Virus record (IMG/VR): IMGVR_UViG_3300045988_049214
Length of the DNA: 43,579 bases
Source of the DNA: a virus
Direction: 5' to 3' (one strand)
Of this stretch, positions 34,213 to 42,204 are shown piece by piece. The translations under genes and the position numbers were made by a program. A model generated the notes under the pieces. That model was not told the origin of the DNA and did no database searches. It worked only from the letters and a program-made list of their open reading frames with translations. Every line of letters begins with the position of its first letter. The first letter of the stretch is position 1.

Positions 34213-34269
34213 ATGTTGTCTTCCTTAACTGTCTTTATTATAACATAGTGGACACCACTAGTCAAGGGG
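34213..34269 (-). promoter_or_regulatory. 57-bp promoter/operator repeat, copy B
   Basis: -35 at 34260-34265 and -10 at 34237-34242 (minus strand), 17-nt spacer with the same palindrome. Confidence 0.8.
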
Positions 34270-34292
34270 TAAATCGAAAAAAGATGAAAAAT

Positions 34293-34340
34293 ATATACAA
34301 CATGAGTATGCAGATGAATCTGAATACTCATGATGTATAT
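34293..34340. other. 48-bp imperfect palindrome (22-nt arms, 2 mismatches, 4-nt centre TGAA) just downstream of the integrase gene; attP candidate (or int terminator)
   Basis: ATATACAACATGAGTATGCAGA-TGAA-TCTGAATACTCATGATGTATAT. Confidence 0.4.
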
Positions 34341-34349
34341 CTGAAAGCG

Positions 34350-35855
34350 TCAAATTAAAAGCTCTATATCGAGCGCGTATGATGGTTTTTCTTTTCTGCC
34401 TAAAAATATATAATCTATCCTCTTCACAGCGTTTTTTAGAAGTATATTTTTCTCTTCCGCTGAAAGATCATCGTTCCTGAGGCCATCAACCGCGGCTCGT
34501 AATCTAACAACTTGATCATTGTAATTTATACGCTTCGGCCGGTTCTTCTTTAATGTGTCTATCTTTTGACTCAGATCATTCATCTCCGCCCTGATAGAGC
34601 TGTTACGCTCTAAAAAAACTTCTTCCGAATAGATTCCCTTTTCAAGTAGGTCATATTGCTTCTTTTCTTGCTCTGCCATCGATTGTAGTTCATCTTCCAT
34701 CCTCTGTATCTGCTTTGCGTAAATGCTGTCATCGTCCGAATCACTGCTGTTTGTTCTCGCTTCTAACTCTATAGAAATCGACTCAAGCGAATTGGAGACG
34801 TTCTTTATCGTTTCGTACAGGTATGCAGACTTTCCTCCACACCCTTTTGTCCGGCATTCTATACGGTCCTTTTTGTTTTCATGATAAGGGTGCCGCGTCA
34901 TTGATCGGCCACATTCGGAACAGTATACCAGTCCGGCTAGAGGGTTTTTGATTGCATGATCTATGTGTGCACGTGGGTCGTTTTTGAGCATTATCTGCAC
35001 ACCGTCATATACATATTCTTCTACAAGTCCCTTGTGTCTTCCTCTTACTAATACAACGTCTTCGGGGTCGGCCGTGCTTTTCTTTCTTACAAGATGCCCG
35101 TCCTCATATGAAAATTCGGTTTTTGTATACGCAAAACGGACGTATCCTTTGTAATGAGGATTCTGAAGAATGAAACTCACAGAAGAACGCTCCCACTTTT
35201 TGCCTCGTGGCGGCTTGACGTCTATGCTGTTTAGATAGAACGCAATTCGTCCCAGACTTTTGTGTTCAAAAAATTTCATATCAAAAATTTTCGTTACAAC
35301 CCAACCGAACTCACCGACTTTCAGTGTCGGGCCGATTTCGTCATTCACCTTTTCGTAACCGTACGGCGGTATGCTGCCGATAAAATTCCCCTTCTGAGCC
35401 GACAGGACTCGACCACGCCAAAGAATCTCCTTTGTGTATTCAAGATAGTCGTTCCCTCGCATTAGTTCCTGTTCAAAAAATTTGCGCTGCATCTTGTTCG
35501 ACAGGTCGTATTCCATCTGAAGCGTTATAATGCGCGTGTTCGAATACCTGAAAGCGTTTTCGACCTTTCCACAGTCTTCCAGATCGCCTCTTGTGAGTCG
35601 CTGCGGTTCGACAGTAAGAACAGCCTTAACATTGTCAGCTTCGATGATCCGCAGCAGCTCTATCATCTTCGGACGTTCAATGATAGTTTCACCAGATACG
35701 ACTTCGCGAAGAATGTGATCTTCGCGGATGCGATAGCCGAGCTTTTTCAGTGCCAGTTCCTGAAGCATAGTTTCGTGCCTGGCAAGTACATCCTCTACAG
35801 ATTCAAGAGGACTGTCAGCCCGACTTTTTCTTAGATAGATATAATATTCGTACAT
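34350..35855 (-). CDS. int: Large serine recombinase (integrase)
   Basis: N-terminal resolvase domain (YIYLRKSRAD catalytic Ser region), recombinase domain, Zn-ribbon CSECG...C..KGC, C-terminal coiled coil; 501 aa. Confidence 0.9.
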   Translation of the reverse strand: MYEYYIYLRKSRADSPLESVEDVLARHETMLQELALKKLGYRIREDHILREVVSGETIIERPKMIELLRIIEADNVKAVLTVEPQRLTRGDLEDCGKVENAFRYSNTRIITLQMEYDLSNKMQRKFFEQELMRGNDYLEYTKEILWRGRVLSAQKGNFIGSIPPYGYEKVNDEIGPTLKVGEFGWVVTKIFDMKFFEHKSLGRIAFYLNSIDVKPPRGKKWERSSVSFILQNPHYKGYVRFAYTKTEFSYEDGHLVRKKSTADPEDVVLVRGRHKGLVEEYVYDGVQIMLKNDPRAHIDHAIKNPLAGLVYCSECGRSMTRHPYHENKKDRIECRTKGCGGKSAYLYETIKNVSNSLESISIELEARTNSSDSDDDSIYAKQIQRMEDELQSMAEQEKKQYDLLEKGIYSEEVFLERNSSIRAEMNDLSQKIDTLKKNRPKRINYNDQVVRLRAAVDGLRNDDLSAEEKNILLKNAVKRIDYIFLGRKEKPSYALDIELLI

Positions 35856-36020
35856 TTTATTTTTCCTCTTTTTTGTTGTAATTTTTAATTTTCACAGTAT
35901 AATAAAAATTGAGGTAAATTTTCATCTTTTCTCTTATTGTAATCAAATACATACAGTTATCTTTAGCTACATGCTTATTTTTCGTACATTTTATGTCATG
36001 TAGAAACTCCTTTCGATAGA

Positions 36021-36042
36021 AGCCCCGGCGCCAAACGGGGCT
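36021..36042. terminator. GC-rich hairpin between the regulator gene and int (good T-tract only on the + strand)
   Basis: AGCCCCG-GCGCCAAA-CGGGGCT followed by TTTTATTTTTT. Confidence 0.4.
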
Positions 36043-36043
36043 T

Positions 36044-36664
36044 TTATTTTTTCCCTTTTTCACCAATCTCGTTCTCGTTTGGGAGCACAATTGTGTAACA
36101 CCCTTTTCCGTCAATAACTGCCTGCCGTCCCCGCTTGATCGCAAGATTCAGAAGGCTCATGTTCGGTTGCACGTGTGCCGGATTGTTCAAGATGTCTTTC
36201 GATTCTGACACTTCATAACTTATCGCTATGCTTGCGGCGATGTTTAACCTGTATTCCAGCGGTGTCTGCAAGTAGGCCGTCAGCATTTCTAGGATACAGA
36301 TCGGGGACGATCCGTGGCAGCCTTGCAGGATGTATAGAAGTTTCCGTTTCTGATCCACAGTTAGATTAGATACAAGCGTCAGAAGCGCAATCCCGACATC
36401 CTTTTTATTCGCACCGGGTTCGATCCGGTCAAATTCGTACGGATAGAGAAGCTTCAAATAATACGGCATCGGCTGGACACCGAGAACCATGAACCACTCA
36501 AAACCCATTTGCTGAGACGGGCAAGACGTCCCGTTCTCCCAGTTCTGGACCGTCTTTTTACTTACTCCCAGAGCTTTTGCCATGTAGTCTTGACTCTTTC
36601 CAGCCGCTTCCCTTGATGTCCTCCACATTTTTGCAAACTTTTCCGAAATGTCATATTTTTTCAT
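36044..36664 (-). CDS. XRE-family HTH regulator with an uncharacterised C-terminal domain
   Basis: GKSQDYMAKALGVSKKTVQNWENG is an HTH_3 signature. No S24 peptidase motif was seen. Confidence 0.7.
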   Translation of the reverse strand: MKKYDISEKFAKMWRTSREAAGKSQDYMAKALGVSKKTVQNWENGTSCPSQQMGFEWFMVLGVQPMPYYLKLLYPYEFDRIEPGANKKDVGIALLTLVSNLTVDQKRKLLYILQGCHGSSPICILEMLTAYLQTPLEYRLNIAASIAISYEVSESKDILNNPAHVQPNMSLLNLAIKRGRQAVIDGKGCYTIVLPNENEIGEKGKK

Positions 36665-36800
36665 CTAAAAGCACTTCCTTAAGCGTAAATTATTTCCCTC
36701 TTTTTTGCATTAAATTGATAATTATGCAAATCCGACTGATTTGATAGAATATAAGCGTAACTAATATATAGAAACGTTAAAAATGATTGGGATGGTGCAC

Positions 36801-36983
36801 ATGAACAAGAAGAAGCAGATCAGGGAGATTGAGCAGATGCTCCTTGATGCGGACTGTGACACCGTAACGGCTGTTCACAGTGTATTGTCGAGGCTCAGAA
36901 AGCCTCGTGATGAACGAACGTGTTGGTTTTTTAAGCTTGCGAGCAAAATTGGCAAGCGATTCAGAAAGCGGGATAGTATATGA
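36801..36983 (+). CDS. Small basic hypothetical protein
   Basis: ORF only; start uncertain (36783 or 36801). Confidence 0.35.
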   Translation: MNKKKQIREIEQMLLDADCDTVTAVHSVLSRLRKPRDERTCWFFKLASKIGKRFRKRDSI

Positions 36984-37084
36984 GTAACGATGACCTAAAA
37001 ATGTACATTAAGAAGCACATTGACGAGATAGAAGACAGCTCGCTGCTGCTTTTCATCTACAAGTTGATAATCAACTTGATCTAA
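36980..37084 (+). CDS. Possible 34-aa ORF (ATGA-coupled)
   Basis: ATG 36980 overlaps the upstream TGA. Hydrophobic C-terminus; followed by a terminator. Confidence 0.25.
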   Translation: MSNDDLKMYIKKHIDEIEDSSLLLFIYKLIINLI

Positions 37085-37091
37085 AAGCAAC

Positions 37092-37124
37092 AAGGCCCCT
37101 CACGAACTGTGAGAGGCCTTTTGT
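37092..37124. terminator. Bidirectional terminator between convergent genes
   Basis: AAGGCCCCTCAC-GAACT-GTGAGAGGCCTT followed by TTTG; A-rich upstream. Confidence 0.65.
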
Positions 37125-37147
37125 CTAGCTGTAATACCTCAATGCTG

Positions 37148-37702
37148 TTACTCTTCGATTGTGATTAACTGTGTATCTTTTGCACCGTCGAAAGAAATCC
37201 AATCAGATACTTCAATGTCTACGTCACTTGTATCCTGCAACTCGAACGGTTCGCAAACGTCAATAGATCCTCCTGGCTGAATATCCTTCATATAATTTTC
37301 ATATTCAGGAATTTCATAGTCTATATAAGCCAATTCGTTTTCTACACCGTTCTGGAAGCACTGAATCTGCGCTGAAGCCATAGCGCTTGTGTTTTCGTCG
37401 CCGTTATTCGTGAATGTGTAATAATACAGAAGACATGGATTTCCATCCATATCCTTTCCAATCTCATGCTTCGAATATGTGATGACATATTTGTCTGTCT
37501 CAAAATTGATAGTGCCGTCATCGGCTGCTTCTGTCTCAGGAGCTTCTGTGGTAGCCTCCTCTGTTGTTGCAGGAGCTTCTGTTGCTGCCTCGGTCGCGGC
37601 TGGTGCCTGCGTTTCTTTTGGTGCATCTGATGAGCTGCCGCACGCCATGATAGACATAGACATAGCGGCAACCATCATTGCTGCAGTGATTTTCTTTTTC
37701 AT
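37148..37702 (-). CDS. Lipoprotein (DUF4352/DUF5067-like beta domain); possible superinfection-exclusion factor
   Basis: Lipobox MSIMAC-G, a T/E/A/P-rich linker, then a YYYTFTNNGDEN...FQNGVE domain. Confidence 0.65.
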   Translation of the reverse strand: MKKKITAAMMVAAMSMSIMACGSSSDAPKETQAPAATEAATEAPATTEEATTEAPETEAADDGTINFETDKYVITYSKHEIGKDMDGNPCLLYYYTFTNNGDENTSAMASAQIQCFQNGVENELAYIDYEIPEYENYMKDIQPGGSIDVCEPFELQDTSDVDIEVSDWISFDGAKDTQLITIEE

Positions 37703-37769
37703 GTTCCCTCTACTTCCTTTCTTTTATATATCAGGAATAGCCCCGGAACAATCCGGGGATTCCCAACTA

Positions 37770-38159
37770 TCATTCTTCTGGCGTTGCCGCTTCAGCAAGC
37801 CTTTTGACGAATTCAGCGAACGCCATCAGCTGTTCGTCTGTCATCTTCTCCATTGACCTGCAAAGCTCCAAAGACATTTTATATCTCATAGAGCCTTTAT
37901 CTTTATAGAGACGACCGACTAACTCAGCCAGTTCGTCGTCCGAACCTTTTATATAAGGTTCTCCTTCTCCTGTCCTGAGCCAATGCTCATTGACTGAGAA
38001 TGTTCTGCATATTCCCAAGGCCATTTGGTCTGTCAAGGTTCGCGCCCCTAATTCTACATGCGATAACGCTTGACGCGTTACGCCTAGACGTTTCGTGAAT
38101 TCTTCTTGAGTCATTCCGCTGTCTTTTCGAACCATGCGAACCCTTTCGCCTTCTGTCAT
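37770..38159 (-). CDS. CI-like repressor (XRE HTH)
   Basis: SGMTQEEFTKRLGVTRQALSHVELG is an HTH. Divergent from the early promoter. ATG 38159 follows GAGGTGAGG. Confidence 0.7.
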   Translation of the reverse strand: MTEGERVRMVRKDSGMTQEEFTKRLGVTRQALSHVELGARTLTDQMALGICRTFSVNEHWLRTGEGEPYIKGSDDELAELVGRLYKDKGSMRYKMSLELCRSMEKMTDEQLMAFAEFVKRLAEAATPEE

Positions 38160-38192
38160 TTCCTCACCTCTATTCTCTTTTATCTTGATTAT

Positions 38193-38221
38193 ATAATACC
38201 ACATTAAAAAACAAAAATCAA
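38193..38221 (-). promoter_or_regulatory. Leftward promoter for the repressor gene: TTGATT-N17-TATTAT with TG extension
   Basis: -35 at 38216-38221 and -10 at 38193-38198 (minus strand). Confidence 0.55.
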
Positions 38222-38229
38222 TAAAAAAT

Positions 38230-38275
38230 GCAACAAAGTAGCGAAAAAGTTATTGACATGCGCAACGTTGTAGCG
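38230..38275 (+). promoter_or_regulatory. Operator-like repeats GCAAC-N3-GTAGCG (38230-38243 and 38262-38275); related GTAGCAAACAAC at 38291-38302
   Basis: Direct reading. The second copy fills the spacer of the rightward promoter. Confidence 0.5.
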
Positions 38276-38281
38276 TATAAT
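38253..38281 (+). promoter_or_regulatory. Rightward early promoter: perfect TTGACA-N17-TATAAT
   Basis: -35 at 38253-38258 and -10 at 38276-38281. Confidence 0.75.
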
Positions 38282-38319
38282 GTAAACAGAGTAGCAAACA
38301 ACCACAAGGAGGAGAAAAT

Positions 38320-38577
38320 ATGAAAAAGTATGTAGGCATTTCTGAAGCAAATGAAGGATCAGTTTATTTCATCGGAAAAACAGATGAAATAAAGGCACTA
38401 TACAAAAGTATTTCCAGACACGGAGATAATATAGGTCCATTGTACAACGGAAACACGCTTTTCTCTCCCTATAAATACGTCTATTGTATTTGCATAGACG
38501 TTGATGGCTGGATGACAGTCACGACAAGCGATGATTTTGCATTGATGCTTGTCAACGGAGAGATTGAAGAGGTATAG
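38320..38577 (+). CDS. Hypothetical early protein
   Basis: AAGGAGGAG RBS; first gene of the rightward operon. Confidence 0.6.
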   Translation: MKKYVGISEANEGSVYFIGKTDEIKALYKSISRHGDNIGPLYNGNTLFSPYKYVYCICIDVDGWMTVTTSDDFALMLVNGEIEEV

Positions 38578-38632
38578 GGAATATGAGAATGACCACCCGG
38601 CACTGATGATGGCAGGTCAGAAAGGAGAAAAC

Positions 38633-38881
38633 ATGAAGATATCTAAGAAAGAATATTGTGAAATGATTCGAAACGCTTTTGAATGTTCGAGGGAGTACCT
38701 TTATAAAGGCAAATACAAAGACGCCTATTTCCAGCTGGGGCTTGCAAGAGGAATCATTATCGTTATGAGTTCAGAAGAAGTAATTACACAGGATGAGTTT
38801 AATAAGCTTTTGAAAGCCACATTTGACATTGAAAGATGCGCAGATGGTTACACAGAAGCATTGAAAGCACTGGAGGAATAG
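38633..38881 (+). CDS. Hypothetical early protein
   Basis: ATG after AAAGGAGAA. Confidence 0.5.
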   Translation: MKISKKEYCEMIRNAFECSREYLYKGKYKDAYFQLGLARGIIIVMSSEEVITQDEFNKLLKATFDIERCADGYTEALKALEE

Positions 38882-38883
38882 AG

Positions 38884-39024
38884 ATGGTATTGAAAATCTT
38901 ATGTTTTGCCATGTGGCTGTACTGGTGGTTTAAATTCAATCAGGCAACAAAAGAACACAATAATACTAAGCAGATTGAATATGGAGTTTGGTGGCTGTCA
39001 ATGTTTATATTACTTTTGAGATGA
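38884..39024 (+). CDS. Small membrane protein (46 aa, two hydrophobic segments)
   Basis: ATG after GGAGGAA; Trp-rich hydrophobic sequence. Confidence 0.4.
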   Translation: MVLKILCFAMWLYWWFKFNQATKEHNNTKQIEYGVWWLSMFILLLR

Positions 39025-39098
39025 GTATCCCGGCGTCGGTTAAGCCGTAGCGTCAAAGCAAGCGCCGGATTTAAAAATATAAGAAAGGGGGCCTTTGA

Positions 39099-39275
39099 AT
39101 GGCTGATAGCAAAAAAATGTCCAAAATGGACAGACACAGAGCATATGACAGTATTCTTGAATACTGTGACAAAATCCAGAACCCATTTGATCTCGGCAGA
39201 GTAGCTGGGACGGCTGGAACGCTCGCAATGATGGCAGAAGCGGCAGAGCTTCAGAAGAAAGAAAGAGGTGCATAA
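39099..39275 (+). CDS. Possible 58-aa protein (below the ORF-track cutoff)
   Basis: ATG 39099 after AAAGGGGG; stop TAA at 39273-39275. Confidence 0.4.
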   Translation: MADSKKMSKMDRHRAYDSILEYCDKIQNPFDLGRVAGTAGTLAMMAEAAELQKKERGA

Positions 39276-39291
39276 TTTGCAGTTACGGTAC
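39276..39291 (+). promoter_or_regulatory. Conserved intergenic motif, copy 3 (TTTGCAGTTACGGTAC)
   Basis: 15/16 identical to copy 2. Lies about 52 nt upstream of the Cro-like gene. Confidence 0.5.
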
Positions 39292-39295
39292 ATCA

Positions 39296-39316
39296 ATTAA
39301 CAGCATAACTGTTAAT
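39296..39316. promoter_or_regulatory. 21-bp palindrome ATTAACAG-CATAA-CTGTTAAT (operator candidate)
   Basis: Perfect 8-bp arms, directly upstream of the HTH gene at 39343. Confidence 0.45.
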
Positions 39317-39342
39317 AACAATAAACGAAAGGAGATAAAAAG

Positions 39343-39540
39343 ATGAAGCTCAGTAGAGACAAAGTCAGAATTTCTATGATTAGAAAGAAGATGACCATTG
39401 ACGAGCTGGCGAAGACTTACGGCTGTTCGAGAAGCCGAATTTATGTGCTTCTGAACAGTCAGAACATAAGACAGAGCAGCGCCGAAAAATTTGCAAAGGC
39501 GCTCGGATGCGAAACAGTAGATATTATTGAGGAGGCATAG
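39343..39540 (+). CDS. Cro-like XRE HTH protein
   Basis: KKMTIDELAKTYGCSRSRIYVLLN is an HTH; 65 aa. Confidence 0.65.
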   Translation: MKLSRDKVRISMIRKKMTIDELAKTYGCSRSRIYVLLNSQNIRQSSAEKFAKALGCETVDIIEEA

Positions 39541-39541
39541 C

Positions 39542-40270
39542 ATGAACGAGATTGTGAAAGTCAATTACGACAACGAACAGCCGACCGTGTCGGCGAGAGA
39601 GCTGCATAACGGATTAGAAGTGTCTGAACGTTTTCAGTCATGGTTCAATCGTCAGTTGCAGTACGGTTTTGAGGAAAATTCCGATTATGTAGGGTGTAAA
39701 GAATTTAACACCCTAGCAAAACAGGAGTTGCAGGACTATCAAATTTCTATCGACATGGCAAAGCAGATTTGTATGCTTCAGCGGTCGGATAAAGGAAGAC
39801 AGTATAGACAATATTTTCTTGACCTTGAAAAAGCCTGGAACACACCGGAACAGGTGATGGCCAGAGCTTTAAAGCTTGCTGACAAAGAGATTGACCGTCT
39901 GAAAGCAGATAACAAGGTTCTTCTTGAGGATACAGCCAGAATGAAGCCGAAGGAAATCTTTGCTGATGCAGTAGCAACAAGCAACACGACGATTCTGATC
40001 GGAGAGCTTGCTAAGCTCTTGAGACAGAACGGCATCGATATCGGACAGAACAGACTATTTTCGTGGCTTCGCGAAAATGGTTATCTGATCCGGCAGAAAG
40101 GAAGTGCTTACAATACGCCGACACAGCGAAGCGCCGACCTTGGCATCCTGACAACAAAAGAGACTGTGATCGTCCGTTCGGATGGATCTACAGAAGTCAA
40201 AAAGACAGTCAAAGTCACAGGAAAAGGTCAGCAGTATTTCATCAATAAGTTTTTGAAGGCTGCAAGCTGA
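39542..40270 (+). CDS. Phage antirepressor (AntA-like N-domain + KilAC-like C-domain)
   Basis: PTVSARELHNGLEVSERFQSWF...DYQISIDMAKQICMLQRSDKGRQYRQYF and ILIGELAKLLRQNGIDIGQNRLFSWLR. Confidence 0.75.
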   Translation: MNEIVKVNYDNEQPTVSARELHNGLEVSERFQSWFNRQLQYGFEENSDYVGCKEFNTLAKQELQDYQISIDMAKQICMLQRSDKGRQYRQYFLDLEKAWNTPEQVMARALKLADKEIDRLKADNKVLLEDTARMKPKEIFADAVATSNTTILIGELAKLLRQNGIDIGQNRLFSWLRENGYLIRQKGSAYNTPTQRSADLGILTTKETVIVRSDGSTEVKKTVKVTGKGQQYFINKFLKAAS

Positions 40271-40289
40271 TCGGAAGGATGGTGATCAC

Positions 40290-40550
40290 ATGAAACGGAA
40301 AGGAAACGATGACGAGCTGTATCTCGCAAACGTGCTTCATTTCGAGAACTGCACGGTCTATCTCTATAGACCGATACTGACACCAGAAGAGCGGGAACGC
40401 CGGTATGAAAATATTCGCAGGGCACTGCGGAGAATAGGGCCGTCGCTTATTGCGGCGGAAGAAAGAAGAAAGAAAAAGGAGATGGAGAAAAATGAGCAAG
40501 CTGCAAATTCCTCAGTGGGAGAAGAGAGAAAAGATCTATGTCGAATGTGA
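40290..40550 (+). CDS. Hypothetical protein
   Basis: ORF only. Overlaps the next ORF by 59 nt, so one of the two boundaries is uncertain. Confidence 0.4.
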   Translation: MKRKGNDDELYLANVLHFENCTVYLYRPILTPEERERRYENIRRALRRIGPSLIAAEERRKKKEMEKNEQAANSSVGEERKDLCRM

Positions 40551-40764
40551 AGAGGTGGACGACCGCACGGCTATCAGCCCGATCAAAGCGGCAGCGTGTG
40601 AGGTGGCGTGTGGTATGCATCTGCTGGCGTTCCTCGCATCGGCTTGTATCTTCGTGAATACGAGCTTTAACATCTCAACACTTTTATTCACATTATATTG
40701 TGCATTTGGGGCGTTCTGGTTCGGATCCACTGCAAGCAGCATTGGAGGTCTGGATGAAGAATAG
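40492..40764 (+). CDS. Hypothetical membrane protein
   Basis: ATG after GGAGATGGAG; two hydrophobic helices. Confidence 0.45.
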   Translation: MSKLQIPQWEKREKIYVECEEVDDRTAISPIKAAACEVACGMHLLAFLASACIFVNTSFNISTLLFTLYCAFGAFWFGSTASSIGGLDEE

Positions 40765-40981
40765 AAGAAATGACGAGTGGATTGATGAGTTTGCTTACAA
40801 GATAGCGCTTTCTGCTCCTTGCGTATGCATGGGGACCCTAGCTGCTATAGTGTGGGCGGTTATCTTGAAACTTTTGAATTCAATGGTTTTCAAGATTATT
40901 GTGTCAATTCCCGGTCATCCTGCTGGTATCCATTGCCATTCTCTTATACGAGATATGGAGAGGCGATTTTGGAGACAATGA
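40754..40981 (+). CDS. Hypothetical membrane protein
   Basis: ATG after GGAGGT; hydrophobic helices. Confidence 0.45.
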   Translation: MKNRRNDEWIDEFAYKIALSAPCVCMGTLAAIVWAVILKLLNSMVFKIIVSIPGHPAGIHCHSLIRDMERRFWRQ

Positions 40982-41003
40982 TTAATATTTAGGAGGAAAC
41001 AAA

Positions 41004-41258
41004 ATGGTTATCAAAAATGAAAAGGCCAACTGGTTGGCAGACCAGTCAGCCGAAAAAAATGAAAAAATCACTCATCGTGATTATATCACAGCGTTGCCGG
41101 TTTTGAAAGAGACTGTTGAAATCTATGTTGAAGATTTCGAAAATCTTGTCAGATCAGACACAAAAATGATGATTTTGACAGAGCTTTTTGAGAACAAAGC
41201 AACTGTCACGCAAGACGTTCTGTTTACGATCCTCGGCGTTGAGAAAGGAAGAAAATGA
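41004..41258 (+). CDS. Hypothetical protein
   Basis: AGGAGGAAAC RBS. Confidence 0.55.
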   Translation: MVIKNEKANWLADQSAEKNEKITHRDYITALPVLKETVEIYVEDFENLVRSDTKMMILTELFENKATVTQDVLFTILGVEKGRK

Positions 41259-42202
41259 AAAATCTAATATCAACCAGAGAAATGAGTCATGAAAAGTGGC
41301 TCGAATACAGAAAAAAAGGCATCGGCGGATCTGATGCCGGTGCAATCTGCGGTCTCAATCCGTATGTGTCGCCGGTGACGGTGTGGGCTGACAAAAAAAG
41401 CAAGATTCCGCCGAAACCTGACAATGAAGCAATGAGACAAGGGCGAGACTTTGAAGACATCGTCGCAAAGCGTTTTTGCGAGGAGACAGGAAAGAGGGTT
41501 AGGCGCTGCAATTACATCATCCAGCATGACGAATATCCTTTCATGTTGGCGAACGTCGACAGATTGGTCGTCGGAGAGACCGCAGGACTCGAATGCAAGA
41601 CATGCAGCGCTTACGGTGCCGATCAGTGGAATAACGGAAAGATTCCACCACATTATGAAGCTCAATGCTTGCATTATATGGCAGTGACAGGACTTGATCA
41701 CTGGTATATCGCTTGCTTGATATTGGGTGCTGGCGGCGGCCTCGTATGGAAGAGAATAGACAGAGATGATGATGCGATCAAATTTCTTCAATCAATAGAA
41801 GAAAGATTCTGGAACAGCTACATCATCGGCAATGACATCCCGGATCCGGACGGAAGCGATGCATATAGCGACATGCTCAAGCAGTTCTATCCAAGAAGCA
41901 GAGAAGACATAGAAACCGTTGAATTATACGGATACGACGAAAAGTTAGATAGAATCATGGAGATCAATGAGCTTGTTAAAAAGCTGAATACAGAAAAAGA
42001 ACAGATTGAACAAGATATTAAACTCTACATGAAGGACGCTGAGCGCGCTGAGTCTAACAATTATCGCGTGACATGGAAGACGACGACTTCTAATAGGTTA
42101 GATAGCAAAAAGCTTAAAAAAGAGCTTCCAGCAATCTATGAAGGTTATTCAAACAAGACAGAAAGCAGACGCTTTTTGATTAAGAATTTACAGGAGGAAT
42201 AA
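41255..42202 (+). CDS. YqaJ-like viral recombinase-domain exonuclease
   Basis: GIGGSDAGAICGLNPY...VWADK and D...ECK PD-(D/E)xK motifs; paired with RecT. Confidence 0.85.
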   Translation: MKNLISTREMSHEKWLEYRKKGIGGSDAGAICGLNPYVSPVTVWADKKSKIPPKPDNEAMRQGRDFEDIVAKRFCEETGKRVRRCNYIIQHDEYPFMLANVDRLVVGETAGLECKTCSAYGADQWNNGKIPPHYEAQCLHYMAVTGLDHWYIACLILGAGGGLVWKRIDRDDDAIKFLQSIEERFWNSYIIGNDIPDPDGSDAYSDMLKQFYPRSREDIETVELYGYDEKLDRIMEINELVKKLNTEKEQIEQDIKLYMKDAERAESNNYRVTWKTTTSNRLDSKKLKKELPAIYEGYSNKTESRRFLIKNLQEE

Positions 42203-42204
42203 AA

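Noticed and set aside
34161-34358. 65-aa + strand ORF across promoter copy B and the attP-like palindrome (similarly 32555-32821 and 32940-33173)
   Set aside because: They are antisense to, or embedded in, regulatory DNA and minus-strand genes, with no RBS.
35857-36144. 95-aa minus-strand ORF upstream of int
   Set aside because: It overlaps the 3' end of the XRE regulator gene and crosses the hairpin and the AT-rich int promoter region. It has no RBS and a lysine-rich, low-complexity product.
37342-37856. Alternative-frame ORFs (37342-37671 -, 37479-37856 +) over the lipoprotein gene
   Set aside because: The lipoprotein frame has a canonical signal peptide, lipobox and domain. The alternatives are repeat-driven (GCN/CAG-rich linker) artefacts.
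40290-40550. 59-nt overlap between ORFs 40290-40550 and 40492-40764 as a possible programmed frameshift
   Set aside because: No slippery heptamer was seen in the overlap. More likely one ORF has a misassigned boundary. Both were kept at low confidence.
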